Under the pieces are notes generated by a model. That model worked only from the letters and a program-made list of their open reading frames with translations, was not told the DNA's origin and did no database searches. Both the position numbers and the translations under genes were made by a program. Below, piece by piece: positions 14,549 to 29,000 of a stretch of 64,000 nt of DNA (positions are counted from its first letter, which is position 1; the number at the start of each line of letters is the position of its first letter). Source of the stretch: Auanema rhodensis (Eukaryota > Animalia > Nematoda); contig OZ059894.1 of NCBI GenBank assembly GCA_964057225.1, positions 14,570,001 through 14,634,000 of the forward strand. The letters run 5' to 3'.

Positions 14549-17500
14549 GCTATGATGAGGTTATGGTATCGCTATAGCTAAAGACAGTCAGGTGGGAGCA
14601 TGATAAGTAGAATTGTTGAAAGAAGTATCATCGATGTGAAGAGACTCATTAAGAGGTCATCTTGTTCTTCTTCTTCATCTCAACGCTTCTTCTATAGTCA
14701 TCTATTATGAAACGTCAAGTATGTCTCTTCATACCATCACATTCACTAGCATGTTCCCGCTCTTTAAGGAATCTATTGACGTAACAACACCATTTCCGAT
14801 AATATGTATACTATATGTAATAGTTAGTGGAGCTATTTCCTATTGTTAAATTGCCGTTCATTTGTTTTTGTGTCATATTGTATAAGTTCAAGAAGGTGAA
14901 GATGTAGAAAAACATTGAATGACAGCACAAAGGTGAAAGTCAAAGTGTTACCGCAAAAAGAAATGACATCCATGCTTGTCTCCACTTATTCTTCTATGAT
15001 TTCTTCCCCCCGCTCTCCCCTCATTTGGATATATTCCATTGAAATGTCTTTACTTAATTCATGTGTCATCACACGCCGGACAGGAAACATCACTTGATCC
15101 AGAATACTGATAGCCTCAATCCGATGACAGCCGGTATGGAGGACGAATCCATGTGAGAGATAGACTCTCTGACCTTAGTGTGTCACGATTAGGTGACTAA
15201 CTTGAGTAACATCATCATTCTTTTCTAATCATTGTCTGGGAAATTATTTTACAAAACGGTTAGATGAATAGATAACAAGTTAATAGAATTGAGTAACGAA
15301 AGAAAATATTACATAACAACCGTTCACTATCTAAAAAATGGAAAAAAAATTTTTTTTCCACGTCCCTCTCACGTCACGTAACATCACGTCAAGCTCACGT
15401 GGTAAACTACGTAATCATATTACTTTAATTCAATTCGAAATACAAGGCAAACAAATATCAAGAGTGGTTGCAAGAAACACGTTCCTCTTTCTCAGTTCAA
15501 AAATTAAAATAATATTGTTTTTGAAGTAATGCACTCCTTGACACTTCTGCAAACCCGTCCGTCCCTCAACAGTGAATAGCCATCTACAATGTGGTTGAAC
15601 ACGGCGATGAACAAGCTCATTGGCCTCTCATACATGAACAGCCGTTTTAGAGCTTCAGAATTTATGCATCTGAAGCTCTAATGAATAAATTAAGTTGTCG
15701 TTAGCCTTCTGTTCATGCAGTGTTTTATAGTAGTAACAGGAGTGTGAAAGAGAGTGTGTGTTAGAGAGCAAGGTGCTACTTGCACATCCTTCAATCACTA
15801 CTCAGTGCTGACCTAAAACACTCTGTTGCCTATAAGCTAGCTGGTAATAGCTTGTCTTTTGTGAAAACTAAAAGATGTATATATATATTGAATATGTGCC
15901 AAATACAAAGTACCCTTCTAATTCTTTTCAATTACCAATTATGGAGATGTGCGAATTACAACTGGCATCAATTGAATTAGCATAAATCTCTGCTGTTACC
16001 ACAACTAACACATCCAATCCTCCTTTCTTCTTCATCATCGTTTCCATCTTCGTCTTCTTATTCTTTAACAAAAGCATAAGTAAGAGACAGAAGAAGTGAC
16101 TGGTAAGTATAAAAGATGAACAACAGAGACTAGAATTTCCTCTTCTTTCCAACTCTTCACATCCATCCACCCAATAGGCCTAAATCAGGATGAAAATGGC
16201 AAATCAGAAGCTGTCTTATGGCTAATTGATGTGCACATGTTATTAAAAGCTTTATAAGTCTTGATGCTTATTCAATTCATCTCCATTGTTGTGTCTCTTA
16301 ACCACTCAAAAAATATTTTACTATATACTTATCTATAAGAAGCTCTCATTTTTGCAAAAATTTCAGTTAAAACTACGTAAATAGTTGTCGCAATAACAGG
16401 CAATAAATGCAAAACTGTAAATAAGTTATGAAGCTGAATCATACTCTAAAGTTACCAAACATCAAAAAATCTAAAGCAAGTCGAGTAGTGAAAACCTCCT
16501 CGTTCAACCTAATACTCGTCTGGTCGCTGCTTGAACAATGAATTGTTAGGATCTGATGTTTCCGAGAATGCATGGTTTGCCGTTCAACTCCATCGTCAAA
16601 CTATAATCTTATTGAAGAAAAAAAAAACGTAAAATGTGTGTTTCCCTCCACCTCCTCCTACACTCTTCTGATTTCCTTATTCTATATTCAAGTCCACCAC
16701 TTCATAATATAATGCTTTTGATAGTTGATGAAGGAGAAAAAATACAAGTTTTTCTTTACGTTTACGGATTATCCTTATTTGCCACCTGTTATACAGGCAT
16801 ATATCTTGTATGCAAATAGTCTTAAGTCATCCAAAAAGATATTGTAGATATCAGATATACATTCGATACGTTCGTATTACTTAAGTCAACTGGTTTGGGT
16901 CAAGAAGCATAAAAGATCGTACAGGAAGTTGATGTAGATATAGAGATTGATCTGTTCACGATCATAGCTCATTTAGCTTAAACATTGGCTAAGCTTATAT
17001 GGACGGACTAAACCTCCGTTATATTTCCTCTTCCTATCTACTCGTCTGTTCTTTCTCTCTTTGTCTTTTGCAGAAGACTATCCCTAAGCTTCCGTTTCAG
17101 AGTTTTGCTCATATTGCTGTTCGTTCATCACCTTCCCTAAAGCTCTGTTACGGCTCATTTGAAATGTAATTTTGGTGCTCTCTACCTATTCCGCCGTCAC
17201 ATTCAATATGTCCAGCCATCGTAGTCTTTCACTGAATGAACTAACCCCTCATCTCTTTACTCATTTGCTGATCATCGTCTGAAAAGCAATAGTATAACCT
17301 GTGCTATTAGTTAATAGAATTGAATGAAGAGAGCAGAAGGCAATTGGATAGGACACTAGTTAGTCAGCAAAGCGACAAATAGATAGAAAGAGAGCGAGAA
17401 GAGAAAGAATCTAATTGATGTTCCGACCAGGTACATGTGCTACGCATATATAGATCTTTGTATAAAAAAGGTGTAGGAATAGAGATATATTAGAGAAAAA

Positions 17501-18860
17501 GGAGAGTCTGAGAGAAATACAAAGAGAGACAATCCATAAACATTTACAAATAATTAGTGGTAATCATTTAAAAAGGTTTTTCAATACATGTCTTTCTATT
17601 ATGACACTTTGGAGAACAACCTATACCAAACCACCCCCCTCTTTTCATATAACCTCCCTTCGCTCTCTATCTTCTTATATTATTTTCCCTCACTTTCTCC
17701 AGTTCTTAATTCCTATTGGAATGATAATGATCAGAATCAGTGCTGAAGCTATAGAGCTATGTAATCAACAAGTTATCAACGTTACTGCTCAGCTATTAGT
17801 ATTCGTTCTCACAAGGCAGATTGAGCAAAGCTACTACCGTTTCCAAGACATCTTGCTTATCTATGGTTTGGAGACATCTCCAAGTTTCAATGCGAATGTT
17901 TTCAACCGAAAATTAGACGGCAATAGAGTTTAGCTTATCCTTATGCCGGAAAAGAGACATCGTAATCTTGATTTGGTAAGAAAACGTGAGAGAACTTTCT
18001 CATGAACAACTTAGATTTAATATACGATGCCCGGAGGCTAGATATATCCCTCCTTTCATATAGTATGTCTTATTAATTCAGCTATAACAAAGTAATAGTA
18101 ATGGACAATCGTCTTGGTCTTAGGGGTCGTGAGCTGCAAAAGGTTTCTTCACAGCTGGTAGGATTGCTTGAACTCGAGTGTCCGTGATTGGATATACTCT
18201 TTGAAAAGACTAAAACGTTCTCGACTCAGCAGGTAGTCATTGAGGGGTAGTTTCACATGAATAAGACGACAATTATCTACGGTAAGTCAGCTAGAAAAGA
18301 CATATTTCGTGAACAATGAGCAGCATAAGTGAAGGTAATCCAGCGACCTCTATTACATGACTTTCTGGCCTCTGATTCTATTATCTGTTGTACAAGACAT
18401 AAATACATATACTTAGATTTTCTAATAAAAGAAGTATTTATACCCTAAATGGATGATTGAAACATATAGAAAACAGAAGAAAACATAATACCGTATGCTT
18501 TTCTCTAATTGCACCTTGATCATCTTCTATTTCATACCTATCTTCTTTAATTTCAATCTCTCTCTCTCTCTCTCCCTCTCTCTTTATCTATCTTTCTCTC
18601 TCTATAATTTTTACACTCAAACTATCCTTTTCTATTTCTTCTTATGTTTTCTTTATTGATAGAACCGTTCTAAAACGTGTTTTGTTGTCATTTGGCAACG
18701 CTGCGTCCCGTAAGATAGTAAGCTATTAGCAGTGATCACATCCAATTTCGGGAGGAAAATCTTACAGACATCTTATTTACCTCTTCAACATCCCTACACT
18801 TACTTGAAAATACTAATATACATACACATTCTCATAATACACCTACCTCTTCTTTCACTA

Positions 18861-18877
18861 TCTCTCTTTCTCTTTCC

Positions 18878-18932
<55 letters not shown>
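18861..18932. repeat. (CT)n microsatellite
   Basis: Long tctctctc run; source of the spurious SLSLSL/RERERE ORFs. Confidence 0.95.
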
Positions 18933-18937
<5 letters not shown>

Positions 18938-21701
18938 CGCTTTCTATACCTACTAACCAACTTATATTCCCAGTATTTTCTATTGTGCAATCTTCGTGAC
19001 ACTGCTCTTTCCACCCCTCTAACTAGAAATAACACTCAATCAATTGGATTTTTTGTTCCGAAAGATGTTGAGCAGCAGAGCACACCACAGAGAGTAGCAA
19101 ACGATTAGATTGTTTTGTTTTCAGTTGAATCATTTCATCTCGAATACTACCATAAGCATCTGCCCGCCTTTCATGGCGTGTGAGAGTGTCAAACGAAATC
19201 CTGCCAGCTTCCCCTCTAACCTCCCATCATCCGCCATATCTTCTTCTTCTCGTCCTTCTGTATCTCCTCTACATAGAGCTAATCGGAGGTTCGTTCAGTT
19301 TTTATCCTAGAAAAAGCGAGCCTATCGAAGATATGCATGATAGTAGATGTTCATCTGTCTATAGTACATAAGGAAATCCATCGACCTGTATCTCTCTTTC
19401 ATCTCCCAGTCTGTTTCTATCATATTCTCTTTGCCTATAGCCTATAAAGTCCCATCTAAATCCGGAGGTTAACTAACGAATATTTTTAGTTAATCTACCA
19501 TAACCATATAGTATATATAGCTGATCTATGTATGCGTATATACACATGTATTAGCTTCAAACTTTCAGCTTTTTGGAATCAACACATCATTTCTCGTTCA
19601 TTACTCTCGACTAAACACACACAAAATGCTTCGAAAGTGACTCGAGCCAGCTTTTCTTTTCGACTATCGCCGTCCTTTCCGATAATAACTTTCATCTCTT
19701 TCATCTTTCTTCCTTTACAAATGCTCTTGTTGCTCTCCTCTCTCGATAGCTTCTCTCTCTATTTTCTCTTCATCTGCAGCATTTCAACTTTTTTCTTTTC
19801 ACTTCTTGTCATTGTTAACTATACGTATCAAAACAATATGCTTCTTTTTCTTTTTCCTCTTCGCCATCTTCTTCTTTCATTTTCTTTTTACCGCGCTATT
19901 CTCCCCCCCCCCCTCCTCGTAACCATCTACCACTCAGCCAAATTACACAAAGCAGGTTGATACTACGGTAATGGATACCGTATCTCTATTTCAACAATTT
20001 ATTTTCAATTTTCCAATCTTTTACTTCAAAAACTTTCATAACAAAGAGAGAAATATCAAATCAATATTTTTATTCTTATATAAAAGTCTCAAAAGAACTG
20101 GAAAAGAACGGTGAATCGGTTAATTGTTTTTGTGAGCTGATAGCGTTGACGACGATAGCCTTCTCATGGTAATCTTAATGTGGATTAGTTTCTGTATCAT
20201 TGGTCGTCAGGCGGTATCCGGTAGCAGTCAAGCTAACAGGATTACGGTGGTCAAGGTTCTTCACAACTGGCCTTCTGTGTTTCTTCTTCTTCTACTTCTT
20301 GATCGTCATGTTCTGCGTCTATCATAATCGACGCTGTTGTCGTCGTTGTCATCAATTCTATCGTCTACATGGTGTTAGTTGTGTAGCCAATGGAGTAGTT
20401 TCATCGTTGTCATCATCTTCACTAGTACGTATTCCACTGCACTGAACACTCATTTGTCTCAATTTTTCTTATTTCTATTGTGTTCTATGTCGTTTATTTT
20501 CTTGTTCAACTTGAGATAAGGTTCAAAGAGGCAATGTTCATAGCAGTTTCAAGTCGAAACTCAACTCTTTCGCGCCACACCTTCTTACTATAGCTTTAAT
20601 TCTTTGAACCCTTTGTTGAGGCTTTTTAAGGGAAAAAAATTCGCGGAAATAGCATAGGCAAACTACTAGATGATTCTCCTAGTACTTGTCCTTACATTGG
20701 TCTCGTGCTTACTTATTGACCTTAAATGACTGTGTATTAGCTATCAAATAGCTTGTATATTTCAAGTGATTGACGAGTATGTGGTTACGGTATACTTGAA
20801 CAAGGTATTAAAGATATATATTCATTTACTCACCTATCACCTTATCTAGTCTTGTGAAAACATTTCAAAGATGATGAAGGAATGTCCAAGCTTCTTAGTT
20901 CCTTATCCCATTTCCAATGTGCTTCCTCAACTATTATATTTCTAGTCTTATTTTAGTAATTTGAGAGCATCTTACAATGTCAAACTTACGTGTGTCTTAA
21001 AGTTACAAAACAGACACCATTCCTTTTTGTCAAGACACCTTCATCACCATCAGCATCATTACCTGATCTAGGAACACCGGGCCTCAAGATAAGCTTACCG
21101 GCTACTCAGCTGTATACAAAATGATTATCCTGATTATTATGTAGTTGTTGTTTGTCCAAGACGTCATATGTTACGTCATCCAATCTAAGCTCATCGCTTA
21201 GGTTGCCAAAACATAGCAATGGCAGTAGCACAAAGATTTGTCGCTCCCGAAATTGGAGACGAAATCGGATAAGATGGAGCCATGTCGAAACCGGATACAG
21301 TTAAGGTCACATTTGCTCTTTCTTGATCCAGCATTCTAACAATTCATCTGTGCCATGTATTAGATAACTTGTTAGTTTTAGGATTTTACTACTCTTCTGG
21401 AAGTAAGTCATCAAAACATGAAGAGAGACTGAAAGGAAATTAGAGAGAGAGAAGCAAAGAGAGAGAGAGAGAGAGTTAAGATAGAAAGAGAAGGCTATCT
21501 TTGAACTAACATCAATATGGTAGACATTCTCATCATATTTCCAGCTTTTAATCTTTCTTGTTAGAATGCTGTAAATGGTTTAGTGTTACGAATGAAAAAG
21601 CATTTCATTCATGTGAATTGACGATTACAAAGAGCATAGTAATCTCAATACAGATATGTTAGTATTATATAGTTGAGTTACGTAGTAAATTGAGTAAAGA
21701 C

Positions 21702-21703
<2 letters not shown>

Positions 21704-21760
<57 letters not shown>
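21704..21760. repeat. (GA)n microsatellite
   Basis: Perfect agagag run of about 57 nt. Confidence 0.95.
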
Positions 21761-21769
<9 letters not shown>

Positions 21770-24700
21770 AGCACAACATCATGTAAATAATAGAAAATTC
21801 TTATATATATAAGATTATAATCTTGTATTGTTCTTCATATATATTTGTATAGTCATTAAGGTAATATATATGAATATAATGATTCCATTCTTCAACTTCA
21901 TCTCCATCTCTTCTTTCTTAAGGCTCTAATAAACAGTTAATGTTTTTCACTCACGTTGCGCAACCTGCTTGACACGGTATGTTCTAATAGCGACTAATCG
22001 ACATGGTACAGCGATTATCCATGTATGATGAGAGCACTCGAAAAGTAAACAGAAGCCAATCCTTCTATGACATCTCTTCGTCTTCTTTTTCTTTTTTTGT
22101 TTTCTCGCTATCCTCAACTATGCTTCTCGATAATAGGTAGTAGTAGATAGATGATGCTGATCATTTTAAGGTCGGGAATTGAGTAAACAGATTGATGTAC
22201 TATAAACGAGTACTACAACTACTTCTGTTTTCTCACCTTGCTTGTATAATATGAAGAATCTCCGTTGGATACATGTCATCTTAAGGAGTTTCAAGAGGAA
22301 CAGAAGTCTTCTTAAACATCTTCTTTATATGATTGTTTAAGCATTTCCTTATTTAGTGTTCAATGCCATTACTAGGTGTCTTGAAACCTGAATGGATTAT
22401 TGAGAAAGAAAGATAGAGAGAAGAATGTCATTCACTTATCTATCTAGCTCTAATATCTATTTAGATTTAAGACTTTTCTATCTTTTAGACCAATTGTCTC
22501 TGTTATATTGGCTTCAGATCATGCCTCATTAGTCTATCGAAAAGAGTTTATTTACTGATGATCCTGAAAGAATGGAAAATACGACATCTAATGAATTCCG
22601 TAGAGACATCGAAATGGTCGTCATCCTTGTCATCGTCAACTCATCGATGATAGTTTCCTTTTTAGTCCATTTAGGGTAAACGAGCCCTTTACTAATCAAT
22701 GATGAAAGCCAACTTAACTATCTAGACGAATATGAACAATGTACATGTCTAACACACTCATACATAACAACCAATATCTTTCATGGATACGTTAACGACT
22801 ACTATAGATACCGTATCATCGACAGCCTAATCCTTTAGGGATGACGATGGTGATGATAATGATGATCGTGGCCGTTTTCATCACGTAGAGGGGGACTGTT
22901 ACCGGATCATCAGAATCCGAATACACGGCCATAGTGACTATACTATAAACTGATTATGATGAATCTCTATACCGTCTACAGCTCATCGATATATCGTATA
23001 CAACCAATTAGTTCAAAATCAAAGATATCCTTCAGTTATATCGTTTAATTATCTTTTGTTTTGATCTTCTACTTGTACAACCACAGGTTGTGTTAGGTCT
23101 ATGCCAGATTGAAGGTGTGAACAAGATGCCATCAGGCGTTTATCCAGCTCGTGCCATAGCCACCACATGCCTTCATGACCTATGGTTCCGTCACATATCT
23201 TCTATAGTTGACCTTCGATAGTTATCTCCTTTCATTCATTCTTAGTTGTTATTTAACAAAATAGAAGCAACATCATCATGTTTTTCTAAGTGAAGTATGA
23301 TATACGGTAATGGAATGTATTGAAAAGAAATTTTGGTCGAAAATGGAAGATGGTATCGCATAAAGTGAATCAGTTCTCATTGACGATGAAAATGAATACA
23401 TTGATGGAATAGGAACTGTGAGAGTCAAAAAGAAGAAGAAGAAGAGGGCAATACCGAAAAAAAAGTAAAAAACTTGAAGACAAAGAGCTTTTTTGCTTTT
23501 TTTTTCGTTTTTTCTGTGAGTTGAAGTAGAGCATACTGATTCCTTCTAGACATATTGCTTGTGTAACTGATCAATGTGAGAAGAGAGGAAGGAAAACAAA
23601 TCATGAAAAGCTAACCACCTTGTCTCAACACCTTGTTCTTTGCTTCTATCTCTTTCTCTCTCCTCTCATTGACTCAAATTTTCTTTCTGATATTCTATGC
23701 TTTCTCGTATTCTTTAGATACACATCGACATCATCTTCATCATTGCCGGTCTACCCTTCCCCCCTCTTCGACACACTACCCATTTCTTCATCTCTTTTCT
23801 ACAGTAATCCAATAAAAGAAATAGTAGCGACAGAAGACGAAGTTCTGTTTCGTTAAGTGCTATCTTCTGATGGTTAACGCTTGTGTATATGTATGTACAT
23901 GTATGTGAGGAAGAGGCAGAATAGAAGACAGTCACATAGGGACAACATAAGAAGAAGGAGGAGAAGAGTCGTCCAGCTAATTTGTTGATTGTCTTCCCTT
24001 TTCGTTGTAGTCATTATCATCGTCGATTTCTTTCGACATCCGTAAATGCTGTATGTGTATGCGTGTCTATATGGTGTCGTATGGTGCTGATGTCAAATGA
24101 CAACATAACTAACGATGAAAGTGACGACAACCATCAGCATTACCCTACAATGACAGCGTGAACAACGACGACGCCGATGAGGATAACTGACGTATTAGAC
24201 GATTAATGAAGAGGAGAGGACGATTCAGCAAGAAGCTTTTCGTGTCTTTTGTCTTTATTTGACTCCTTGATGCTCAAACTCCTGACCTATCGCCGTATTC
24301 GACATCAAAAACTCTATTGAAAATCTATTTTCAACGTCTCCTTTTCTTCGTTTAACTCGCTTGTTTTCTGTGTAGCAGAGTTTCTTTCACATAGCTTAAT
24401 TCCCCCCACTATTCCCACGAAAACTATATCGAAACATGAATTTTATCTTTTCTCTCTTCTTCCCAAAGAAACGAATAATTCTTTGGTTTTTGCAAGTTTT
24501 CTTCATCGCTCATGGTAGTGAGAATCATCAACTGCTGTAGTAGTAACATCAAAGCTTTTTCTACCACTTATCAAGCTGTCTCCTGACCCTCAACTCTCAT
24601 TTCTTCTATTGTAAAGTGTTGTCTTAAGATTTCTTCTTATTATGGCATCCAATTCTTTCACTTCTTTACAATCTGTTTTCTCCTCTATTTTCACAACGGG

Positions 24701-25879
24701 TTTCAACCAGTACTCCTTCTATCTAGCTGGATTTTAAGAATAGCTGGGAGAAAGAGAAAGAGAGCTCAATAAATGAAATATATTTCAAAGATTTCAATAA
24801 CTAATCTCTGTCGTTCTTCAGTTCCTCTTTTCCAATTTCATATAACTTATCGTTCATTCTTCAACATTTTGAGTTTTGTTTCTAGTCGCAAATGTTTTTT
24901 CTCTCTCACTTAACATACTATAATCATAATAATATAGAAATAAGATGGCAAGTTAACACAAGAGAAGAGAGAAAGAGAAACAAAGAACGAAAGAGAGAGG
25001 AAGAGAAAAAGAGAAAGAATAGAATAAGAGGGTAAAGTGATTGAATATAGTTTTTTCTCTTTAAATACGATCTTTACATTTGTTTGTAAATTTCTTTTCC
25101 TCAGATGATGAGTTAGTAAAATGTTTGCCAAGATACTACTCCCTCCCCATCTCAGCTCACCATTTTCACCTTTCTACATCTATTACTTCACTATATGTTT
25201 CCATTTCTCTTTTCAATTAGCTATCAATATTTTCTTTTTTTTTCACCTTTAATCTAATGATTAAAAGTATTATTTGATTTCTTTATAAGACTAATGTACA
25301 ATCTCGTTTTCAGCGATTTTTTTTTATTTAAAAAAGGCGTTCCTACAATCTAAATTTTTTTTCTCTCTCTCTCTCTCTCCCTCTCTCTTCTTTCTTCAGT
25401 TTTAAACTGCTCAACTGCTTTTTCTCTTTCTACTTGTTTCTTTTACATTCGCACTTTTCGTTTCCGTTTTCCATCTATGTAATACTTATATTCATTTCTT
25501 GTCTTTCGTAATCTTTTCCTCATATTTCTTTTCTATTTCATCTTTTTATATTTATAAATCATCATGTAATATCTTCTTCGATGTATCTATATCGATGTGA
25601 ACGTGACTATTTTTCTTCCGAAAGATATCCATATGTATACTTCATAATCAAATCATATCCTTACTCTAAGATATGCTTTCTCATATGCAGCACTTACATT
25701 TCTCTTTTCCGGCTTGTTATCTTCTTCCGTTTTCTTCGTCTGCTCTTCTTATGATCATCATCATCATGTTTCAAAAATCTCTAATACACATATTTTCTTT
25801 TCAGATTCTACCTTCAGCAATAGTTTTGAACTCAAATCTCTCATTCTATTCTTGTTTGACTGCCAATAAGCCTTTCTCC

Positions 25880-25975
25880 CGGTCCCGAAGCGTGCAGCCG
25901 CAGCTCGGTTACCGCAAGTGGGCGTGGCCTCAAACGGCGAACCAATCAGCGCAGACTCCGCCCCCCTATCATTCG
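25880..25975 (+). promoter_or_regulatory. GC-rich proximal promoter candidate of ceh-32 (GC boxes, CCAAT box, Inr-like)
   Basis: Local GC island in AT-rich DNA: GGGCGTGGC (25920-25928), CCAAT in AACCAATCAG (CCAAT 25942-25946), CTCCGCCCCCC (25956-25966) and TCATTC (25969-25974), 50-100 nt before the ATG. Confidence 0.6.
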
Positions 25976-26024
25976 ACCTCATAGTACCGGATCATAGTGT
26001 CTTGAATACGGTTGTCAAACCAAG

Positions 26025-29000
26025 ATGAACCCTGCTCAGAGTAGCATGGGTCTGTTTAGCCCGGAATGGCAAAAGCTTCTGATGCAGTTAGCACTGCAAG
26101 GAGGCTTTGGTCCCCAGCTACAGGCCCTGCAAGCCTTTCAATCTCAGGCTACTCCAACACCTGTACAAGCACCTACAAGCCTGTTTCCATCTATTCCAAC
26201 TAGTATACCAACAGTTAATCCATCGTCACCTACTACTTCTAATCTTTCCACAGATCAGGTAAGACTTAAATATTTTTTTTTGTTGTAATTCTCGATTCTT
26301 GAAATGATTTCCTCTCTATTTTTTTTTGTTCATTTCCTCATTTTGGCTGAAGTTCTAAAAGAAATTCTAATTATATTTATCTATCTATTTATCTATATAT
26401 AGTAATATATTTTAATTATTCTTATATAATTTAGTAATATTTTGATTAATAAAAGAAAAAAAGTTTTAAAATCAAAGTAAATGTTAATAAGATCCATTGC
26501 ATTTCATGACTCATTTGAGAATTGTTGTGAAATTTATTTTATTTTACCTTTAACTACTATATTTAACTCTCATCATACAATGTATTTAACCTTTTCGAAT
26601 TGTTTCATCTATACCAACTATACCATTTCACAAAACTTTTACCAAAGTCATTGTCGCACCGACTCTTTTAACTTGAATCTTCTGAATATTGTCATCAATT
26701 TCATAAATAATAGCCGATTCTTTTGATTAGAGAAAGATAGATCATCACATCAAATCAAATAAAAATAATGCGAAAAGGAGACTTTCCTTTCCTTATAGAA
26801 CTTTCGTAATGCATTTCATGTTCATTGATCCTTCTTCCCTCCTCTAATATCCTTTTAGTCAACTCTCTTTACCAATTTCAGGACAAAAGTTTTGAGAAGC
26901 AAAACAAGCTATGTGTCAAAAAAAGCTTTTAAAACGAACATTTTGATATCGGCTTACTTACATATAAGTTGAATAACCTTATAGCATTTCTTAGCCTTAT
27001 ATCTAACATAAAGCCATACAAACAGGTTTTAGCTCTCTATTATGTAATTCATTGAGACTTTTCTAATCTGGCGACATAAGAAGCAATTATAACTTTGGCA
27101 TTTGCATTACGTCCAATATATTATTGAAAATTTTCCACGAAAATTTAGATTTTTCGCTACCAAGTTTCAACATGCTTTTCATAAATTATGAATATTACTA
27201 GAAACGTTTAAAGTTTATAAAGTTTCTTTGAAAAAGTCTTAGCATACTCTATACATTTCTATTCTACCTTCTCTTAGAAAGAATGGCTTCTCAGCCTCCC
27301 TTTCAATCTCTCTTTCTAAATTTCAAGTGTAAAATCTGTGAAAAAAAAGACATAAAGACACCCTATAAGGTACAACATGCTTGACAGACAAAATACAATT
27401 TATTGAAATCTCTTTGTGTGCTGTAAATTGTCTCTTGACGGCTTTGTGTTGAAATGGAGAAAGACTCAGAACGGATACATCATCTCTATTGCGATCCTTC
27501 TCTGATTTGCTTCATATACGTCTTTTGCAAGCTCATTTCCCTCGTTTACGAACAGACAATGATAGCACTTTTCCTCTTTCCCGTTCTAACAAAGATGAAA
27601 GCGATAAATTATATCATCAGACATCCGTTTAAGGAATAGAGAGACTTCGAAAGTCTTTTGTTAGCCACGATACGTCATCAGAGCTTCTCTTTCAACTATC
27701 TTCTCTTCCTCCCTTTCTTCCTTTCTCTTTGAAATTTATTTACTATATATTTGACTTCCGATTTTTCTAGATTATCAAAACCTGTGAGCGCTTAGAGGAA
27801 GCAGGAGAAATTGATCAGTTGGCACGCTTTCTTTGGAGCTTGCCTCCTACACAAGCACAAGAGGTACATATTGAACACTGGAGCATATGCATTTCTATTT
27901 ATTTCTATTCAGGTAGCCACAAATGAAATTGTATTGCGATGCCGTGCTCTTGTCTGCTTCCATATGGGAAATTTCCGAGAATTGTATAGCATTCTCGAGA
28001 ATCATAAGTTTAGTATCTCCAACCATCAAAAGCTGCAAGCTATGTGGATGGAAGCTCATTATCAGGAAGCTGAAAAGCTTCGTGGACGGTAAGCACTTGA
28101 TCATCTTTCTTGAATTGAGGGGTGGGACAGAATGCGAGTCGCTGGTATATGCTTCACTACAAAATATGATCACATGTTAGTGTAGAAGCATAGATAAGTC
28201 GTCTTGAATTTGAAAATTTAACGAACATATGGCATTATGATGTCTACCAAATTGAGTGAATAATAGTAATCACATAATTGGAGAAAGATCGAAGAAACTA
28301 GAGATGAACAGAAGGCTACTGCTGAAAGCACCTCTCTTATAGTTAATAATTAGCAGACATTAGCAATCAAAGACAAGTAGAATAGAGAATAGAACGATAC
28401 ACAACTATTTCTCTATCTCTCTTGTATTTACATTCTATCTCTCCTTTTCTTATTCATGTTTTCTCTGTTAACTGACAGATTTTTTTTCATCTGCTCATCT
28501 AAACTGTTTGGCCATACAAGCAGCAGTCGAATCATAATACAATACAAAATTATTAAATCATTTAATTGTATAATAGACAACAATAGAAAGAATATCTTAC
28601 AATCTGTATACTTATAATTAAGATTTTTACTAAATTTTTTGGTTTTTTAGACCTCTCGGACCAGTGGATAAATACAGAGTTCGTAAGAAGTACCCTATGC
28701 CAAGAACTATCTGGGATGGAGAACAGAAGACTCACTGCTTTAAGGTAAATATCAATCATATCATCGATATGATCATTCTCATCCTTCTCTCTGTTTTAGG
28801 AAAGAACTCGTACCCTGTTAAGAGAATGGTATCTCAAAGATCCCTATCCAAATCCGAGCAAGAAGAAAGAACTAGCTACTGCTACTGGTCTAACAGCAAT
28901 GCAAGTTGGAAACTGGTTCAAGAATAGACGACAAAGAGACAGAGCAGCAGCTGCCAAGAACAAGTGAGCTTTCTCAATATTTCATTATCTTCAAAAGAAG

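Noticed and set aside
23311-23330. mir-1-like start TGGAATGTA
   Set aside because: Diverges after nine bases and has no complementary arm.
11492-25984. Numerous 60-140 aa ORFs in the ceh-32 upstream region
   Set aside because: Low-complexity F/L/S-rich or RERE translations from CT/GA-rich DNA, with no domains and no exon chains.
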